A DNA stretch of 63,600 bases, filler included, from Choristocarpus tenellus KU-1152 (taxonomy: Eukaryota; Protista; Phaeophyceae), in assembly GCA_964200185.2 (NCBI GenBank). It is 11 parts of 11 records of this genome, joined end to end, with 100 filler letters (N's around TTAATTAATTAA, not from the genome) between each part and the next. Parts side by side here need not be neighbours in the genome. Positions count along the whole stretch, not along the records: positions 51,463 to 60,672 come from CAXNAD020003878.1; positions 60,773 to 63,600 come from CAXNAD020024393.1; 9 more parts are not named here. The stretch is one strand, 5' to 3'. The notes under the pieces were generated by a model, which saw nothing but the letters and a program-made list of their open reading frames with translations, was not told the origin of the DNA and did not search any database. Below, in pieces: positions 51,463-63,506 of the stretch (position 1 is its first letter; each line of letters opens with the position of its first letter). A program made the position numbers and the translations under genes.

Positions 51463-54400
51463 CCTTTTCGTCCCCATTTCCCCCCCCCCTCTCCTCTCCT
51501 CGTCCCTTGAATTTTGTCTTCCGTCCTTCTCCCACAAAACCCCCTCTTTCCCTCGCCTCGATAGTAGACCGTAGAACTGTCAACACCTTGGTAGGAATCT
51601 TTTTGCCGTTCCCAACAAGTTTGTCGCACGTCAAAACAATACCCGCCACAGGTTCCCAGCTTACGTCTTTAACCCGCTTCAGTTTCCCAGTTCGCCCGGA
51701 TCTATCACCAGCGTGTATGTAGCCTTCGACAAAATTACTTTTCCCGTACTTTTCAAGGGTCCGAAACGCGGCGTTGTCACGTGTGTGGTCACTGGTCGGC
51801 CGAAGCCAGTGAAGATCCACCCCTAGCTCCCCGTTGTCGCCGACGCGCTCCGCTAGGATCTTGCTGACCAAGAGCGGCGCCTCTGTTGCCACAAAAAAGG
51901 AAAACCTGCCTTCCTGCATGGTGATGAGGTTTCCATCCCTCGCCAATCTCAAGGTAGGATGAGGCCAACCCCGTCGACAGAAGCCAGCTTCTTCCGTGTC
52001 ACTGTCCAATGAGGAAGAGCCTGTTTCCTCGAGCCCGCCGAGATCATTGTCACCGCTGATGAGGTTACCTCCTCCACCCGAACGTTCGCCCTCGTCGGTG
52101 TCTTCGACGTCGCTGATACCAGTTCCAGCACCATCGTCATCGGTGGGAAGTCAATGGACTGGGAGGTCGAACTCTCGTTCCCCTGTCTTTTTGAGAAGCT
52201 GCACAGACTTGCTTTGCTCGTGTTTCGCTCTCTGAACGGCTTCATCATCTGTGAAGGTGGATGGCATGAGCACGAGAACATCAACGGTATGGAAACATGA
52301 ATGCGACTTTGTAACCAGTCGAAAGGTTGCATGAAGGCGCTCGGGGAGCATGTAGTGAGAGGGAGGGTGTAGATTTCGTCGGATTTGTCGCTGTTGAGTA
52401 CAAGACCGGTACCCTCAAAACAATTATCAGGGGTAATCTATAGTACTTTTTTATCGTGACACGCGACGATCATTACGCATGAGAATGGAATATTTTTTTA
52501 GGTTGTTTTTGTAAAGGCTGTAAAGGCTACCTCGTATAGAAGTTGCACCAGATTTTTTGGCTGCCACCGAATACAAAATTGTCCATCAACTCCCCTCACG
52601 AAATGTTCCACTTACCCAATGGGTACGCAGCAGTGAGGCGTTCGTGCGACGCCTGGTACCACTGCTCCACCTTCAGGATGACGTCTTTGGGAACGCTCTT
52701 GAGCCGGTAGGGTGGTGCATCTTGGAGACGAGGCGGGTGGCCGATGAAGAGGTCGTGCGGAGGGGCGTTGGGGTCGATAGCAACGTTGGCGCCTATCCCA
52801 TTCCATGCGGTGCTGTGCATGTATTGCTTTACGCTAACCTTAACCCGCCCATCACCGCCTTTTTCAACGCGAAAAGCCCTGTAGCTCGTGATGTTGGGAA
52901 CACGGTTGACGTGACCGCGAAGGAGTCCCTTGAAGTTGCCCTCGTTCCGTAGGGTCTTGCAGTAGACTGGAACCTCCGTATAAGAGGCCTGCTGCTCTTC
53001 ACCCAGCTGTATTCTTGTGAAGATGTTCTTCCCTTTGATACCACGTGAGAACCTGAAGGTGAAATGTGAGCAAGTTAATTTTGAGGCGGGCGCGAAAGAA
53101 ACGAAGTGGAGAAGCAAGATATATATGCAGGCACATGCTCTGATGCATGTATATGGAAGTGTAGATATAAAAAGGGGTGATGCGTACATTTTTGTTTTGT
53201 TTTGTTTTGAGGCTAGCTTACAATACAGTTTTGGCAGCTGTTCTTCTCATGCTATTTTGTTGTGGGGAAATCAAAAGTCAATTAATCAATTATAATGTAT
53301 GACCATAAACCTTCCAGAGTGGCAACAAGCGTGAACTGCAAGCCTCAAGGCAGTATCTGTCCATGTAAAAACACCATGTGGCTATCACATTCACGGTGCG
53401 TGCCTAATTACCTGGAGAAGATCAGATCGATTTTGATGTGCGTGTGCTCCACCATCATAAAATGTATCTCGACCACACGAATGAAACTCGCCGCAACCAA
53501 CAGCCCCGCATATCTGAGAAAGAAATTGTTCTTGTTCTCTGAGACGCAGTTGTGGACCTGGGTAGTTTGGGGAGTTGGGAGCGAGGGAGGGATAGGCGTG
53601 AGGCCGATATTTCAGCCCATTTCACCACGTTTCGTGGAGAAACAGGGCGTGTTTCCAGTAGTACTAGAGCACAAGCTCTACATCACCGCCATCATACATG
53701 CAAGTTGCAACCCACAAACCAAAACTAAATACCATGCAGTTATTTACTTGGTGGCCGCTATTCGGCGAGTAGATCGCAAGTAGGTCGTCTCAAGATGAAA
53801 CTTTCTTACTTGCCAATGCGCGTGTTGGATGATGCAACCCCCCGCGTGATCGAGGCTGTTGTAGTACTTGTCGATAAGCCCTGTGAGGGCAAGGTGGGTG
53901 GCTGTGCAGACGAGGTTACAACCTGCGCGAACGATGATGTCTGTCGTTAGTTGGCAAACAGTACTCTGCTTACTTACGCATTGTTTACTTGGAGCTAAAA
54001 AGAGGGGTAATGGAATGTGTTTTTGCGATGTAGAGCACATACACCCGACTGGCTGATATAGATGTCTGTCGGTTTCCCTCCTCCTTGATTAGCTCTTACG
54101 CTCCTCTTGCCGTTCCGAAGCTGAGGCGTACGAGGGCAGGGGAGCACAGCGCATCATCAGTTAATCGACTGTTCACCAGGCCTGCGGTATCTGTAGGCAA
54201 ATCTTGCAAGGATGTACTCATCCTCGGGTATCTAACCTGCGGTGGGTCCCCTCACCATGACGGTAAATTAAGTGGGGCGTGCGCAACCAGCATCTATTCG
54301 GTCGTGTGAATGTTGTGCCACAACCCACAATACGTACCTCCTCCAAGATTTTGAGGAGTGAAGAACACCTCCACGAACTGGCCTTCGACGTGTGCGGCCA

Positions 54401-57177
54401 TGATCTTCTAGCACTCGGAGTAGCCCCTGATAACAAGGACATGAACCAAAGAAACGTGTAAAGAAAGGTATTACGGTGCGTCATCATCATGATGAACAGA
54501 ATAGGTAGTGGAATTATGTGCTTCTGTTTTGGCGGTTATTTCTTGGGACTTTGCACTCATTCGTTGAATAAAAAAGGGTGGTCTTTTCTCTTCTGCGTGC
54601 GACTGCAAACTTGTTGACAAATGGACTATGCGTGCGTGTGGTTACCTGTCACCGCCGTGGGTATGTGGGTAAAGTGCTGGGAGGGCGTGGGATGTCTGGT
54701 TCGCCGCGTCGACAGACATGAACACGAAGCCGAGAGGTTTGCCGTCGGCTTTGGCCTGCATGGCGCTGCTGGTGATGTTGGCGATGACCAGTCGATCCGC
54801 TTGGATAATCTGACGAATGGGAGAGAGCAACATCACGTCTATAAATCAAATAAATCTGCTTAGAGGTAAAAAAATGGCCACTTGTTAACACGTACCAGGT
54901 ACGAGACAAAAATCGAGTGTAGGTAACAATAAATGTTTGTCTTTGCTCCTATTTTTTACTGCTGCATTCAAGGCAAAGACAGTATTATCGGCACGGGAGC
55001 AAGTACGTACGTACGGGGCCGGAAGACAGCTACATGACATGTCCCTCCCACGGCCCGTTGTAGACGACCAGGAAACAGTCCATCACACAAGATGTTTGGG
55101 CAACTAATAACAACAGTTTTGCGCTGAGTGAGGCTACTGCTGCTGCTGCCATAAGCACCTGCATCGGAGTCTTCATTCGCAAAGGGCAACAGATGTTATT
55201 CCCAATGGAGGGCAATGACGGCGACATTTTGCTACTGTACGATTGTCGCAAAATTAACGCTGGACACCTACCTTTCGATGGTCTGACAGCTCCTTGTCGA
55301 TGGACTCGAGGACGGTGGAGTCGTTTGTGGGTTTTACACCAGGCGCACCGTGCCGCTTCTCTTTCAACGTGACACATATGTCACATTTAATAAATTCGCC
55401 TCCTACCCTCACCCTGATGTTGGGTCTTTCCTCTCTGAGCAATCGGAGGAAGTGTGCCTTGCTCACCCGCTTGGAAGTGTCGTCAGGATACACTCGTATT
55501 GCCTCTTTGCAAAAATCCTTGTATAGCTCCTAATTAATAATGTTGTTTGTGTGGACAAGTGAGGAGATATTGAGAAGAAACACTCGAAGAACACTGCTGC
55601 ATGATCTCTCGAAGGCGGGCTGACCAGTAACTTAACTGACAACATGGAAGACAGGATCAAGCAAGCTTACATTGTGCGTAATGAAAGAGCAAATAGAATG
55701 ATCTGATTAAATCTGCCACGAGCGTCATTCTGTTCGGGTCTCGCCGCCGTTTGCAGAAACGTAAAGGAGGTGAATCTACCGTCATCATCATCATCATCGC
55801 GAAGTCCTTGAGACATACGAAGTACACACTTTTACTACCAAGGTCAGACCGGGCCCGGGGCCGCGGAGTAGGTGTATACAGCGGTGAAATAACAGTTACT
55901 GGGCCTTCATCCGTAAAAGCGACGAAGAGTATTATCATCATCATTGTAGTGTCGACATTACAAAAAGAAAAAAAAAGTACTTTGTATGAAGCTTCACATT
56001 TTTTTTAAACCATAATCTCAGACCGGTCAAAGTAATAATCACCCACCACTCGAAATACTCCTTCGATCCTCTTCTTCTACGTACTGCTGGGTCACACGTT
56101 TTGCAACTAACTCCAACCTCTCCACAACCAAGGGCAAAACCTACCTCTTTGCTCGCGGCGTAGATCACAATTGCGGTCTTGAGAGGCATGAACTGCCTGT
56201 ACGAATCCGCCCAGTAGTCATTCCAGGACACTACCAGGTCTCGCTTCAGAGCCATGCCCTTCTCTTTGTTCGTGGCCTTCCTGTTGTAGTAGCGCACGTA
56301 TGTATATATGGATGGGAGTTGTGTTGGAGGTGGATATAAGGGACGGGGATGGAATCGTAGAGGAATCGTAGGCCGGCAGCGGATCTCTAATTCTGTAGGT
56401 ATTTATGCGTTGTAACTGCAGCAGCAGCGCAAGGACAGCCGGATGAGATGATATTGTTGAAGCATAAATAAACATATCACACATATAAATACACATATAT
56501 GTAATATATAACTCCACGCTGGAGGGATNNNNNNNNNNATCTCTAACTTTGTACATCAGACATCTAGGGGTGGTAACTGCAAACTGAATGTGGCGAGTAC
56601 GGTCGGATTACATTGTTCTGAGATAGGACTACTGTTCAATCATCAAGCAGGTGAAAATATGTACCAGGTACAAATAACACTGTGTACATACATCAAACCC
56701 AACTCTCCACGCCAGAGGATGCTCTTGCATTAGGTGTACCTTGCAAGCGTCGATGACATGATTGGATATTCCGAACGATGCATTGAAAAATTGCGTACAA
56801 ACGGGAATGCCGGCCACGAGCATAGATCCGCCTCCAGGCCCCAACTTAATGACAGGTACACGGTCACCAACGAAGCGCTTGTGATCGCGGCGGTTCTCAC
56901 ACACCCGGATGATGTCCTGCTCTTTGGCCAACGTGTGGGCAAGGAGGGACTCGCTATCTGTCGCGAACTTCTTCACACAGGCTAAGCGATTGCAGCAGTC
57001 ATCCTGTTCCTTGACTGGGATGGGTTGAGTCCATTCTCGGCGAAGCTTGGCGCCGGTTGCTGAAGCGTCATTGGTAGAAAGCTCCAGTGCATCATTGTTG
57101 GCGGGCTGATGAGGGGGCAACACAGGGGGTGGCGCAGGCGACAAAAGCCACCCCCTTGCTGTGGGAGCAACTGTCAT
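51463..57177 (-). pseudogene. Intron-rich Sola-like/DUF7869-type DDD transposase, inactivated; core exon 53412..53557
   Basis: Ordered motifs: CC...VCTQFFNASFGIS; W...FMP; S.AHF...FIKCDIC; FMSVDAANQ..HALP; GCN; QVHNCVSENKN...FMMVEHTHIKIDLIFSRFS. In-frame stops at 54408-54410 and 52151-52153. Confidence 0.8.
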
Positions 57178-57420
57178 GGTGTTTTCGGGCAACAAGCAGT
57201 CTTGGGCAGTGACAAGGTCTAGGAGAGTGAATTGAATTCGAAGCCGGGCGTATGATGTTTGAGTTTGAAGAGACCCTTCAGACAAAAATGAAATCCGTGT
57301 TCTGGAAAACGCGTTTATTCTCACTGCGATGAAATAAAAACTAGATTCTAATCTGGTTTCAGGCAACAGTCGGTCTTGGGCACGATAGAATTGAATTCGA
57401 AGCCGGGCATCTGAACAATG

Positions 57421-58230
57421 TTTGAGTTTCGGGCGATCCGTTGGACCAGCCTGAAATCCATGATCCGGAAAATACGTGCATTATGGTTTTTAGAAATTAA
57501 TAATTCGATTATATTCGTAATTTCAATTTTTTTAAATACAAAGCACATACTTAATTGATCTCGTATGTTTCAAATGTTCCGAAACTAGAAGGTCACAAAA
57601 AACTGATACCCTCTAATTGTTTTAAGTACAAAATCTTATATTGTTTGACATTTTTATTTTAATACAAATGTCGACGAAAAGCGAACTTTGAGTTTCGGGT
57701 GATCCATCGGACCACCCGAAACCCATGAACCGGAAAATACGTGCATTATGGTTTTTAGAAATTATAAATTCGATTATATCCGTAATTTCAATTTTTTTAA
57801 ATACAAAGCGCATACTTCATTGATCTTATACGTTTCAAATATTCCGAAACTAAAAGGTCACAAAAACTGGTACCCTCTAATTTTTTAAAATACAAAATCC
57901 TGTATTGTTCGACATTTGTATTTTATAAATACAAATGTCGACGAGAAGCGAACTTTGAGTTTCAGGCGATCCGTCGGACCACCCTGAAATTCATGAACCG
58001 AAAAATATGTGCATTATGGTTTTTAGAAATTAAAAATTCGATTATATTAGTAATTTCAAGAAATATAAATACAAACTACATACTTAATTGATCTTACACG
58101 TTTCATATATTCCGAAACTAACAGGTCACAAAAAAATGATAATCTCTATCTGTTGTAAATATGAAATCGTATACTGTTCGATATTCATATTTTTTGGAAC
58201 ACAATTATCAACGGAAAGAGAAATCTGAGT
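57421..58230. repeat. Three tandem AT-rich ~267-bp repeats between divergent genes
   Basis: TTTGAGTTTC at 57421, 57687 and 57954; GTGCATTATGGTTTTTAGAAATTA occurs three times. Confidence 0.95.
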
Positions 58231-58367
58231 TCTTTGGGCACTGACCAACCAGATGAAATAAAGCAGCACCTCCCAGCCCTCACTCCTCATTTCCATTCCT
58301 TCCCTTCCGCACATACCACCAGCAGCTCTTTCTTACCTATCCCCGTCACACCTTCCCGATCTTTGCC

Positions 58368-60489
58368 ATGTCCAACATTCGCTCAACAATGACCCCCCTG
58401 TGCGCCGATGGCGCTGCCCACGGATCGAGAGCGTGGGGCAGCAATGCCAAGGGCATGTCCTTGCTCCTCGAACATCACTACCTTGGCACGTACAAGATGA
58501 AACTCGGCAACATCACATGCACGGAAATGGTGCATCCACTGAGCGAGCGTGGCCTTGCGCACGTCAGCAAGTCTATCTGTGAAAAAGGCTGGCTCGAGCA
58601 GTTTGCTCCGTCCATCGTCATCCAACAAGACTGCTTAGGCAACGTGGACCAGCTCACCGCCGACACTGCGCTTGCCGTTCAAGGACGAATACTGGACGGA
58701 AACCATAGAATAACGGTGCTGAAGAGAGAGTTTGATCACGAACGCGCTTTCATGATGCGGGTCTACATGGAGTTCAACCAAGCAGGAGAGAGGCTAATTG
58801 CCAACGGTGAGTGATTGAGTATTGTCGTTGTTCCATGATCGCCTGACTCTTCTGATCAACTAAGCAACTAAGTAAGTTGAGTGTTGTCGTTGTTCCATGA
58901 TCGCCTGATGACTCTTCGGACCTACCAAGTTGTTGCCGTGTTTCCTTTGTTTGGTTTATCGTCAGTCAGTCAGTTGTTGATCTTTTTTATCCCTCATGGT
59001 CTTTCTGTCAGCAGCAACAAGTTGCTCACTACTGCCTGCCGCATGTGTCCCGCGACTGCCTCTCACCTGGCCCTTGCCCCGTTCACCCACTGCACCGCCA
59101 CGCTTATAGCATTCAACGACGCGACTGAGAGTGTGGTTGAGCGCACGCTGTACGATAAGGTACATTTTCAGCACGAACTCAAAGAAGCTATCAAGTGCCA
59201 GACGAAGAATAAAGAAGTGTCACTAGCAGAGATCCGCAAAATGTACAAAAAGGTGAGGGAGTTGTCAACGTTGGTGGGATGGTGGCACTCTACTCCTCCT
59301 CTTGTTGGGTTACAGCTGTTGTGAAGATCTCTCTGTGTCCTCCTATTCAACCTAAGTTGAGATTGTTATCCCGCGTTTAGCAACCCTGTCAACCAAATGC
59401 TTGATTTTCGGGTGACCATGTAGTATGTGTGTGTGCAAAATCACAGACAAAGTGAACAGTTTCTTCTTTCAGCACTAGGTAGGCCAGGCCACTGAGTAAC
59501 ATACCGCCTCCCCCTCCCCCTCCCCCGGGTAAGGTCCACTCCTTACCCGGACCATTGCGGTGTTGCCTGAATTAATAAACACACGATGTGTCATTTTGTG
59601 AACCAAACCCTCTCCTTCGTGGGCAACCGCATGCTGTGTCTGTGTTGTATACACACGAACAATAAAAAGCGTTCTTGTTTGTTTTATTGTTAGGCCAGGC
59701 CGCTGAAAAACACCCCCCCTCCACTCATACATACCCCGTTAGCGTGGTAATAACGATGCCTTATCCTGGCTGGCTGGGTGCATCATATTTTTTATTTTCT
59801 GCCCATCGCGAAGGTGGGCGTTACTCCCCCGCCGAAAACAACTCTACGAAACTGGCAGCAAGGCGTAAAGTTCCTTCAACCAGGGTCCTTCGAGGTACTG
59901 AAGGAAGTATGTGAGACGTCGTCACCACAGGTCGACCGCAACGCGGTCACACTGAGCTATCTGACTCACGAGGAGTTTGCCGACTTCACTTCTCTCAAGC
60001 AGGGGCTATGCATCCGTCTGCTTGCGAGGCAAGTCAAACCACCACTGTGTTTTATCGTGTAGACAGCAGTAAGCGACATATGTGCCGGTCGCAGCACCTT
60101 GTACAAGAACGTTCAATAAGTGTCTCCTACGATGAAGACCGTAGTCAGGCATTGTTGTATCGAACAACGAACCATTCGTATTACTGTGGAAAGACTACCT
60201 GTAGTGTGTGTTTCCTGTGCATGTGTGCTCTTGTCTTTTCTGAACTACGACAATCGTTCCATAGAATATTTTCTGCAGTGGTGACCCTTTACTCATCATT
60301 ACCTGCGCATCGTTCTCATTGACGTCCTTCATTGCCATTCTCTTTTTGCAGGTACAAGTCGTTCAACGGGAAGACTCTTACGGCAAGGGTCTACAAGGAG
60401 ATCGAATCGGACGCGCACATATCCGAGATGCTTATCTCGTGCACCAGGCAGATTGTACCCAAGGAGAAGTGGACACCAGAGCTTCAAAG
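58368..60489 (+). CDS. ParB/sulfiredoxin-fold protein with a following HTH-like segment, 3'-partial; join(58368..58806,59110..59252,59814..60028,60352..>60489)
   Basis: VHPLSERGLAHVSKSICEKGW..P......ILDGNHRITVL...IANAFN fits the ParB-N pattern L..SI...G...P...I.DG.HR...N. Exons are phase-compatible (third intron GC-AG) with no internal stops. Confidence 0.7.
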
Positions 60490-60672
60490 GTTGGTAAATG
60501 GTGGAGTTGCAGCGGTTCCCTTTTTTTGCCTTTTCCGTATCTCCTGCGCACCCATACGTCGCTATGCGCCCCTCAATTGTAAAATATGCTGTCAGCGTCT
60601 TTTTCGGCACCGCACTGATTGATTGTTGCAATACTGCTCTGCACTTGGGACGTTACGTGAATGATGCACAGG

Positions 60673-60772
60673 NNNNNNNNNNNNNNNNNNNNNNNNNNNN
60701 NNNNNNNNNNNNNNNNTTAATTAATTAANNNNNNNNNNNNNNNNNNNNNNNNNNNNNNNNNNNNNNNNNNNN
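60673..60772. other. Artificial contig linker
   Basis: Same 100-nt cassette. Confidence 0.98.
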
Positions 60773-61182
60773 CCCCCCCTCCCAGATACTTTGGGTCCGA
60801 ACCAAGGGTATTTTGCCAAGTAGGTAACTACTGATGTTTTTCTCTCTCAAAGTCAGCCACCATGACAAATAAACTCACTATGGAAGATGGTAATCCGAGC
60901 ATTTCATTCATGTCACATAATATGAAAACGCCTATGATCATGAAAGAAAAACCCTCAGAACTCAAACTGTACTAGAAGAGATTACTGTAGAAAGGGCACA
61001 CTAGCATGCTGATACATCATGAAAGAAAAATCGGAGGTCAAATGTTCATTACCAGTTGTACATTATCTCAAATGTGCTACTTCACATCCCATAAGAATAG
61101 GTTAACCATTTTTTTTTAATCTTCTGTTGTTGAATCCACTTGGTCAATGCTCATCCACATGCATCAACCATATATATTGCAG

Positions 61183-63088
61183 GAAGTGGTGAAGAGGGTC
61201 GACCCCCTCCTCCTTGATCCCAACTTCACCTACGCAGTAATGAAAACCAAGTCTGCTGCCGCTGCTAACCTATGTAATTGGGTCATCAACATCATAAACT
61301 TCCACAAGGCAAGGAAATGCTCCGTTTATTGGGAGGAACATAATCGGAATGGGCAGGAGAATAAAAGGGGGCGTTCTTTCTGTTTCATTAATCAGATTTT
61401 TTCCATTATAGCAGTTATTAAAATGTGCCCTTGTTCCAGAGTACTTTTGTAGCTGTGATATAATGCTTTAGTTCAAGGCTTGTGGGGATTTATTAGCCAG
61501 CTAGCTTATCTTGGTCCTTTTTTTCATTGGTCTTTCAATTGTAGTACTCACTTGAATAAATTTGGAAGATTATTTGCATAATAAGAATATTGAACAATAA
61601 TTGTTACCTCTGAGCAGCAACATACTGACCAAAGTTTTTGCAACTGCAATTCCGTATTTTACCTGCTCTTTGAATCAAATGACTCCTGAGGAATCACAGA
61701 TCTACAAGAAAGTCAAGCCCTTAATGGACGCACTGGAGAAAGCCCAGCGCGTCAAAGCAGCAGCAATTGCTGATCTTGCAAAGGTTAGTAATTCCTTATC
61801 GCCACCCTCGCAACCATCACATCCTTGGGACTTCAGCAAGATAATCCAATATTTTTTCATACCAGATACTGCATTTTTTCCTATGCCTTTCTTGTTTTCC
61901 TTATTTATCACCCCAAAATGGTCAATGTGCTGCTTCCAGTTGCATGCTATTGACAGAATGCACTCAATCATTATTGGGAGGCTGAGGTAAGCACACCCGA
62001 GCACCTGTTCTTACCATGACATTTAACAAGTGTCTAAGGGCCATCATAAAGTACGTATACTATTCCGCTTTTTCCACCATACACTCAATAGCACATTTTT
62101 TCTCCGTGTAAAGATTGCAGAAATTTGGCCAAGTAATATATCGTTGACAGAACTCGATTCTTGCTCCTTTTTTTTTATCCTACCATGTGAGTGATTAATG
62201 CACCTAGATTTGTACTCTGTATTTGATTAGTGTGGTATAGTTTCTACCCCCGAGTATTTGCTATCATGACCTATGTCCCTAGATAAGTCATTGAAAAAAT
62301 GTCGAAAATTGTCTATTTGGTCTGCCAGCACGTATCTCTGGCCTCTAAGGGTGCAGTGGTCACAGGGTCTAGTGTTTTGGAATCTGGACAAAGAAAAGCC
62401 CTACAAATCGTACTAACATAGCAACAGCAGAGTCCCTATATTGAGATGCTCCTGATGCTTAGCACCATACCTTGATTGTTGAGTTTTTCAGTGCATGGTA
62501 CCCAAGAATTGACAAAAGCTCATTTTTTACCCGTCACCTATTATTGCATATGTGTCGCATATCATGCATGCAACGGAGATGACGTTTAGCAAAGAATACG
62601 CAAGTTATATCTGGTGATACAATCAAAGCATATACTTACTATGCTTTTAGTGCTTAAGTGAATGCTCCCCAGCAAATTCTCATTTTATTCCAGAATATAG
62701 TTCTATTGAGCTGCAAAAAGCGTTTCACAGCAATATAACTACAGGCACCAATATGCAAGATAGTACTAGTATATTCAACTCACCAATATTCTCAGGAATA
62801 TTGGTGGGTATCAGAACTATGGTCTATGTGCAAGTGTGTTCGGAGGCTTGAGAAGAATAGGGCAGATTTCTTCCCTGATGTGTGTAGCTGGGGTTTATAT
62901 TAGAGTACCGCATGCTGCAAGATTCACCTGCCTTGATCCCTCTCCTTGACCAAGGTGGAAGAAACACTGGCTGTAATTAACGACCACTTGGGAAGGTTGG
63001 AGGCATCATTCATTGAAGCAACCGAGGAGAAAAGCAGGGTGGAGGCAAAAGCTAGCACCTGCGAGGAGAGGCTCAGCTTGGCTCAAAG
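61183..63088 (+). CDS. Axonemal dynein heavy chain, internal fragment (microtubule-binding stalk and CC2); exons 61183..61308, 61700..61783, 62955..63088
   Basis: KSAAAANLCNWVINIINFHK-IYKKVKPL...ERLSLAQR matches the dynein stalk motif S.AA..LC.WV......VY..V.P; first intron GC-AG. Confidence 0.93.
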
Positions 63089-63247
63089 GTCGAACCCTAT
63101 GGATATGCACTACACCCTTGAGGCTGTGCTAGTTCTTTGATACACCTAATGATCCCCCTCCTTTTTTTTCTCGGCGCCCAAACCCAAAGAAATACACCGT
63201 ACTGTACTGCAAACCAACCCAGCTATCCTTCATAATACACCACTATA

Positions 63248-63506
63248 GAGTGAAAGTATCTTAGAGGGTATGATTTTTGCCCTGTTTGTCCGTTTGGGGC
63301 TTTGGCTTCCCACGTTTTTTTTTTACATTTTACCTACTCTGGAATGTTTTGGAATAGGTAAAATGTGTAAGTAATGAAAATGGGTATCTACAACAAGGGT
63401 ACTGACACTTCCTAACCAACAGAATAGCCAAGATTACATCAAAATCGCAACATTGGATTGTGGCACCCAAATGGAAGCGGCTCTACCCTCTAAGATAATT
63501 TGACTC
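63248..63506. mobile_element. MITE family A, following the last visible dynein exon
   Basis: GAGTGAAAGTATCTTAGAGGG ... CCCTCTAAGATAATTTGACTC. Confidence 0.9.

Noticed and set aside
6219-54410. Stop-codon reassignment, suggested by TGA at Trp and TAG at Gln positions
   Set aside because: These occur only in loci with other lesions. Intact models end in TAG (17049) and TGA (23833), and conserved housekeeping exons have no internal stops.
12534-60772. Recurrent TTAATTAATTAA palindrome and apparent gene neighbourhoods across it
   Set aside because: Artificial linker; ORFs running into it and cross-linker adjacency are artefacts.
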